This document shows positions 61,610-64,000 of a stretch of 64,000 nt of DNA, piece after piece. The notes below the pieces were generated by a model. The model saw only the letters and a list, made by a program, of their open reading frames with translations, was not told the origin of the DNA and made no database searches. The position numbers and the translations under genes were made by a program. How positions within the stretch are numbered: position 1 is the first letter of the stretch; every line of letters starts with the position of its first letter. Where the stretch lies: the NCBI GenBank assembly GCA_965205975.1, contig OZ242195.1:1696001-1760000 (forward strand). Reading direction: 5' to 3'. Source of the stretch: Candidatus Latescibacterota bacterium. GTDB lineage: Bacteria > Latescibacterota > UBA2968.

Positions 61610-62101
61610 ATGGTTAATCTAAAAAAACTTATCACTTGCCTTAAAAATAATCAGGTCGAATTTGTGATAATTGGAGGCGTAGCTGCTACTGTTCATGGTT
61701 CGGCTTATGTGACTTATGACCTCGATATTTGTTATAGCCGTGATATGCAGAATTTAGCGCGAATGGCAAAAGCACTTGCGCCATACCATCCCAGACCGAG
61801 AGATATGCCGGATGATCTGCCATTTTTTTGGGATGAAAGAACGCTACACCGCGGTTTGAATTTTACACTCAAAACAGACCTGGGTGATATAGACCTGCTG
61901 GGCGAAGTCGCGGGTATCGGCATCTTTGAACAGGTATTAGCCTCATCTATTTTAGTTCAACTTTTCGGAGTGGAATGCGCGGTACTCTCCCTCGAAGCAT
62001 TGATCAAAGCCAAACGCGCTGCTGATCGCCCCAAGGATCATCTGATTTTGCCAGAACTGGAAGCTTTACTCGAAGCCAATAACGATGCTGCCCCTCATTG
62101 A
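61610..62101 (+). CDS. Nucleotidyltransferase-fold protein (putative TA component)
   Basis: VIIGGVAA..HGS..T.DLDI, LIKAKRAADRPKD. Confidence 0.85.
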   Translation: MVNLKKLITCLKNNQVEFVIIGGVAATVHGSAYVTYDLDICYSRDMQNLARMAKALAPYHPRPRDMPDDLPFFWDERTLHRGLNFTLKTDLGDIDLLGEVAGIGIFEQVLASSILVQLFGVECAVLSLEALIKAKRAADRPKDHLILPELEALLEANNDAAPH

Positions 62102-62173
62102 GCAGGCGTCAATATCCGCTCAAGTCACATTGGACAGCTTTGCGCTGGCGGCATCGAAGGTCTCGGCAGTAGG

Positions 62174-62312
62174 TTACTGAGCCATGGTATTGATTAACGC
62201 CTGGTAGATGTTGGCCTGGGTTTCCCGCCCGTCATCCAGCCCGTTGCCGTTCAAGTCGATGAATACATACTCCGACTTCTTCCTTCCCAGATTGTATTCT
62301 TTCTTTAATCAT
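62174..62312 (-). pseudogene. Gene remnant(s) after the aldolase
   Basis: GGAG RBS plus MIKERIQSG.. stopping at 26 aa; another frame reads FIDLNGNGLDDGRE..*. Confidence 0.35.
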
Positions 62313-62322
62313 AGTGCATCTC

Positions 62323-63144
62323 CTATTTCAACTCTTCCATAACCCTGCGGGTGATTTCCGCGATAAGATCATCCTGGGAAGTTTGGGCAGAAGCTGTGCC
62401 ACCAGCGCTCAACGTGCGAATCGTGGGAATGCCACCATTGGTCTCAGGTTGCGTTGTGGGTGTATCGGGGATATCGCACGCTGGATCGGGACCGCGAAGG
62501 CCCATGCGGTTGCGAATAGCGACCAGTTTATCCACCTGTTCCGCATTGAGTTCGTTATAACCGCCGAGTTGTTGTGCCACAAAAAGTATTTTCGCAAAAT
62601 GCTCCAGTGTTTCCATCTTGTAATAGGCATTCATCACATCGGCGCCAATCGTAGTCGCACCGTGATTTTCAAGCAAATAGGCGTCGTAATCTTTGACATA
62701 TTGCTTGATCGGTTCAGATATCTCTGGTCCCCCCGGCGTACCGTATTCCACAATGGGTATAGCACCCAGCGTGATAACCACCTCGGGCAAAACACACATG
62801 GTAAGGGGAACGCCAGCCACCGCAAAACCCGTAGCAGTTGGCGGATGTGCGTGTACCACAGCGCGCACATCGGGGCGCTCGCGATAGAGAAAAATGTGCA
62901 TACCAATTTCTGACGAAGGCCGCTTTTGCCCACTCACGAGCGTGCCGTCCATGTCAGTAATACAGAGATCTTCGACCTTGAGAAATCCCTTGGACATGCC
63001 TGTAGGCGTAGTGAGAATGCGGTCTTCTTCAATTCGGCATGAAATATTGCCATCGTTAGAAGCGACAAAGCCGCGTTCGTACACGCGACGCCCGGCTTCA
63101 ACAATATCGAGTTTGGCCTGATGGAGATTCATTTTCTGTCTCAC
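62323..63144 (-). CDS. Class II aldolase (fuculose/rhamnulose-phosphate type) with C-terminal encapsulation peptide
   Basis: DGNIS, TPTGMSKG, SSEIGMH, HAHPP, ENHG; tail QDDLIAEITRRVMEELK. Confidence 0.9.
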   Translation of the reverse strand: MRQKMNLHQAKLDIVEAGRRVYERGFVASNDGNISCRIEEDRILTTPTGMSKGFLKVEDLCITDMDGTLVSGQKRPSSEIGMHIFLYRERPDVRAVVHAHPPTATGFAVAGVPLTMCVLPEVVITLGAIPIVEYGTPGGPEISEPIKQYVKDYDAYLLENHGATTIGADVMNAYYKMETLEHFAKILFVAQQLGGYNELNAEQVDKLVAIRNRMGLRGPDPACDIPDTPTTQPETNGGIPTIRTLSAGGTASAQTSQDDLIAEITRRVMEELK

Positions 63145-63413
63145 TCCTTGATATCAATATCGTCAACAACACCGACGATAACGGAACGCACCGCAGGCAA
63201 TTCCACGTTGAGAACGAGACCTGCTGCGACGCCCTGACGGATCACGAGGACAATTTCACCGCGCCCCACGCCTGTGGCATCAACTGCGAGTGCTGATGCG
63301 CCGTCATCTTTACCATTGGGCGTAATGGGCTGCACGACCATGAGTTTAGCGCTGTTGTAATCGCTGTGTTTAATAGTCGATGTGACGCTACCGAGTACGC
63401 GAGCCAGGAACAT
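63141..63413 (-). CDS. Microcompartment vertex protein (EutN/CcmL)
   Basis: MFLARVLGSVTSTIKH...AVDATGVGRGE.VL...IVGVVD. Confidence 0.92.
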   Translation of the reverse strand: MFLARVLGSVTSTIKHSDYNSAKLMVVQPITPNGKDDGASALAVDATGVGRGEIVLVIRQGVAAGLVLNVELPAVRSVIVGVVDDIDIKE

Positions 63414-63481
63414 ATAGAATTTGGGATTTGGGATTTAGCTGCTTTCTCCCCTTCTTCTATGGGGAGCCGGAGGGTAGGGCC

Positions 63482-63745
63482 TCATACATCAACCTGATCT
63501 ACAATGCCGACAACTGCCGCGTCAACCGGGCCGTATTTATCGGGCAGGGCGTTGGGAGCTTCTCGTGAACCGACCCAGTAGATGGTCTCGCCATCGCTGG
63601 CATTGACCACATCAATTGCGACAAAAGCATCTCCTGCTTTTTTGTGCTCGTGATCAATCGGTTCAACGACAAGCAGTCTAAAACCTTTGAGCGAGGCATC
63701 TTTGCGCGTCGCCCAAATTTTGCCAATGACACGGCCGAGGAACAT
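63482..63745 (-). CDS. Microcompartment vertex protein (EutN/CcmL)
   Basis: MFLGRVIGKIWATRKD...VAID...GSREA...PVDAAVVGIVD. Confidence 0.92.
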   Translation of the reverse strand: MFLGRVIGKIWATRKDASLKGFRLLVVEPIDHEHKKAGDAFVAIDVVNASDGETIYWVGSREAPNALPDKYGPVDAAVVGIVDQVDV

Positions 63746-63768
63746 TTTTACCTCGCGAGATGCGGGAC

Positions 63769-64000
63769 CTATACAATTCTGAAGTAGTCTATTAAGGCAC
63801 AGCGGCGCTGGCGGGTAAATGTGCGGGCAGACGTGCAACCTTCGCCGGTAGGTGTAGCAATAGAGAAAGACGTATAGCCTTCGCCACCTGCGCCCAATCC
63901 CGCAGATGAAGCACCGTTTTTCACAAAAATCGTACATTTACATCGGCGAGCCATAACCGTCATATTCTCGACATTCTTAGAGTGCATGACCGCTGTGTGG
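63769..64000 (-). CDS. Acylating aldehyde dehydrogenase EutE/PduP-type (C-terminal part)
   Basis: [10 protein letters not shown]...IFVKNG...[29 protein letters not shown]. Confidence 0.92.
   Translation of the reverse strand, partial: HTAVMHSKNVENMTVMARRCKCTIFVKNGASSAGLGAGGEGYTSFSIATPTGEGCTSARTFTRQRRCALIDYFRIV

Overview
Chromosomal window from a mid-GC bacterium. The protein styles (WD40/invasin/dockerin-like surface protein, Bat operon, PVM-type microcompartment) suggest an FCB-group, Latescibacterota-like and possibly sponge-associated lineage; this is inference only. Layout: (1) 1-1251, a GalE ORF that reads through into a GalT-like N-terminus and runs off the window, then greA with a leader terminator. 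(2) 2086-31387 (minus), a compact ~29 kb core cluster: tRNA-Tyr/Gly/Thr/Trp, secE, nusG, rplKAJL, rpoBC, str, S10, spc and alpha operons, with notable substitutions in antibiotic-target motifs (RpoB D516Q/S522D, uS12 G91S). (3) 31.5-36.1 kb: a TIM-barrel epimerase, a DUF4013-like protein, and plant-type cystathionine gamma-synthase and threonine synthase, with a SAM-II-like riboswitch wired to tandem terminators. (4) 36.1-46.4 kb: an integrase-free accessory island holding a tandem toxin-antitoxin array in which several toxins are cut down while antitoxins survive, a helicase plus putative nuclease pair, a WD40 metalloprotease and a truncated Abi-like gene. (5) 46.5-61.3 kb: batA-E, DUF4340/GldG, an enolase-family enzyme, ackA, an internally deleted MFS gene, a sulfatase and a TA pair. 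(6) 62.3-64 kb: the end of a bacterial microcompartment locus. A small CATCTGCGGA repeat element recurs just after stop codons. Family calls come from recognised motifs, not database searches.
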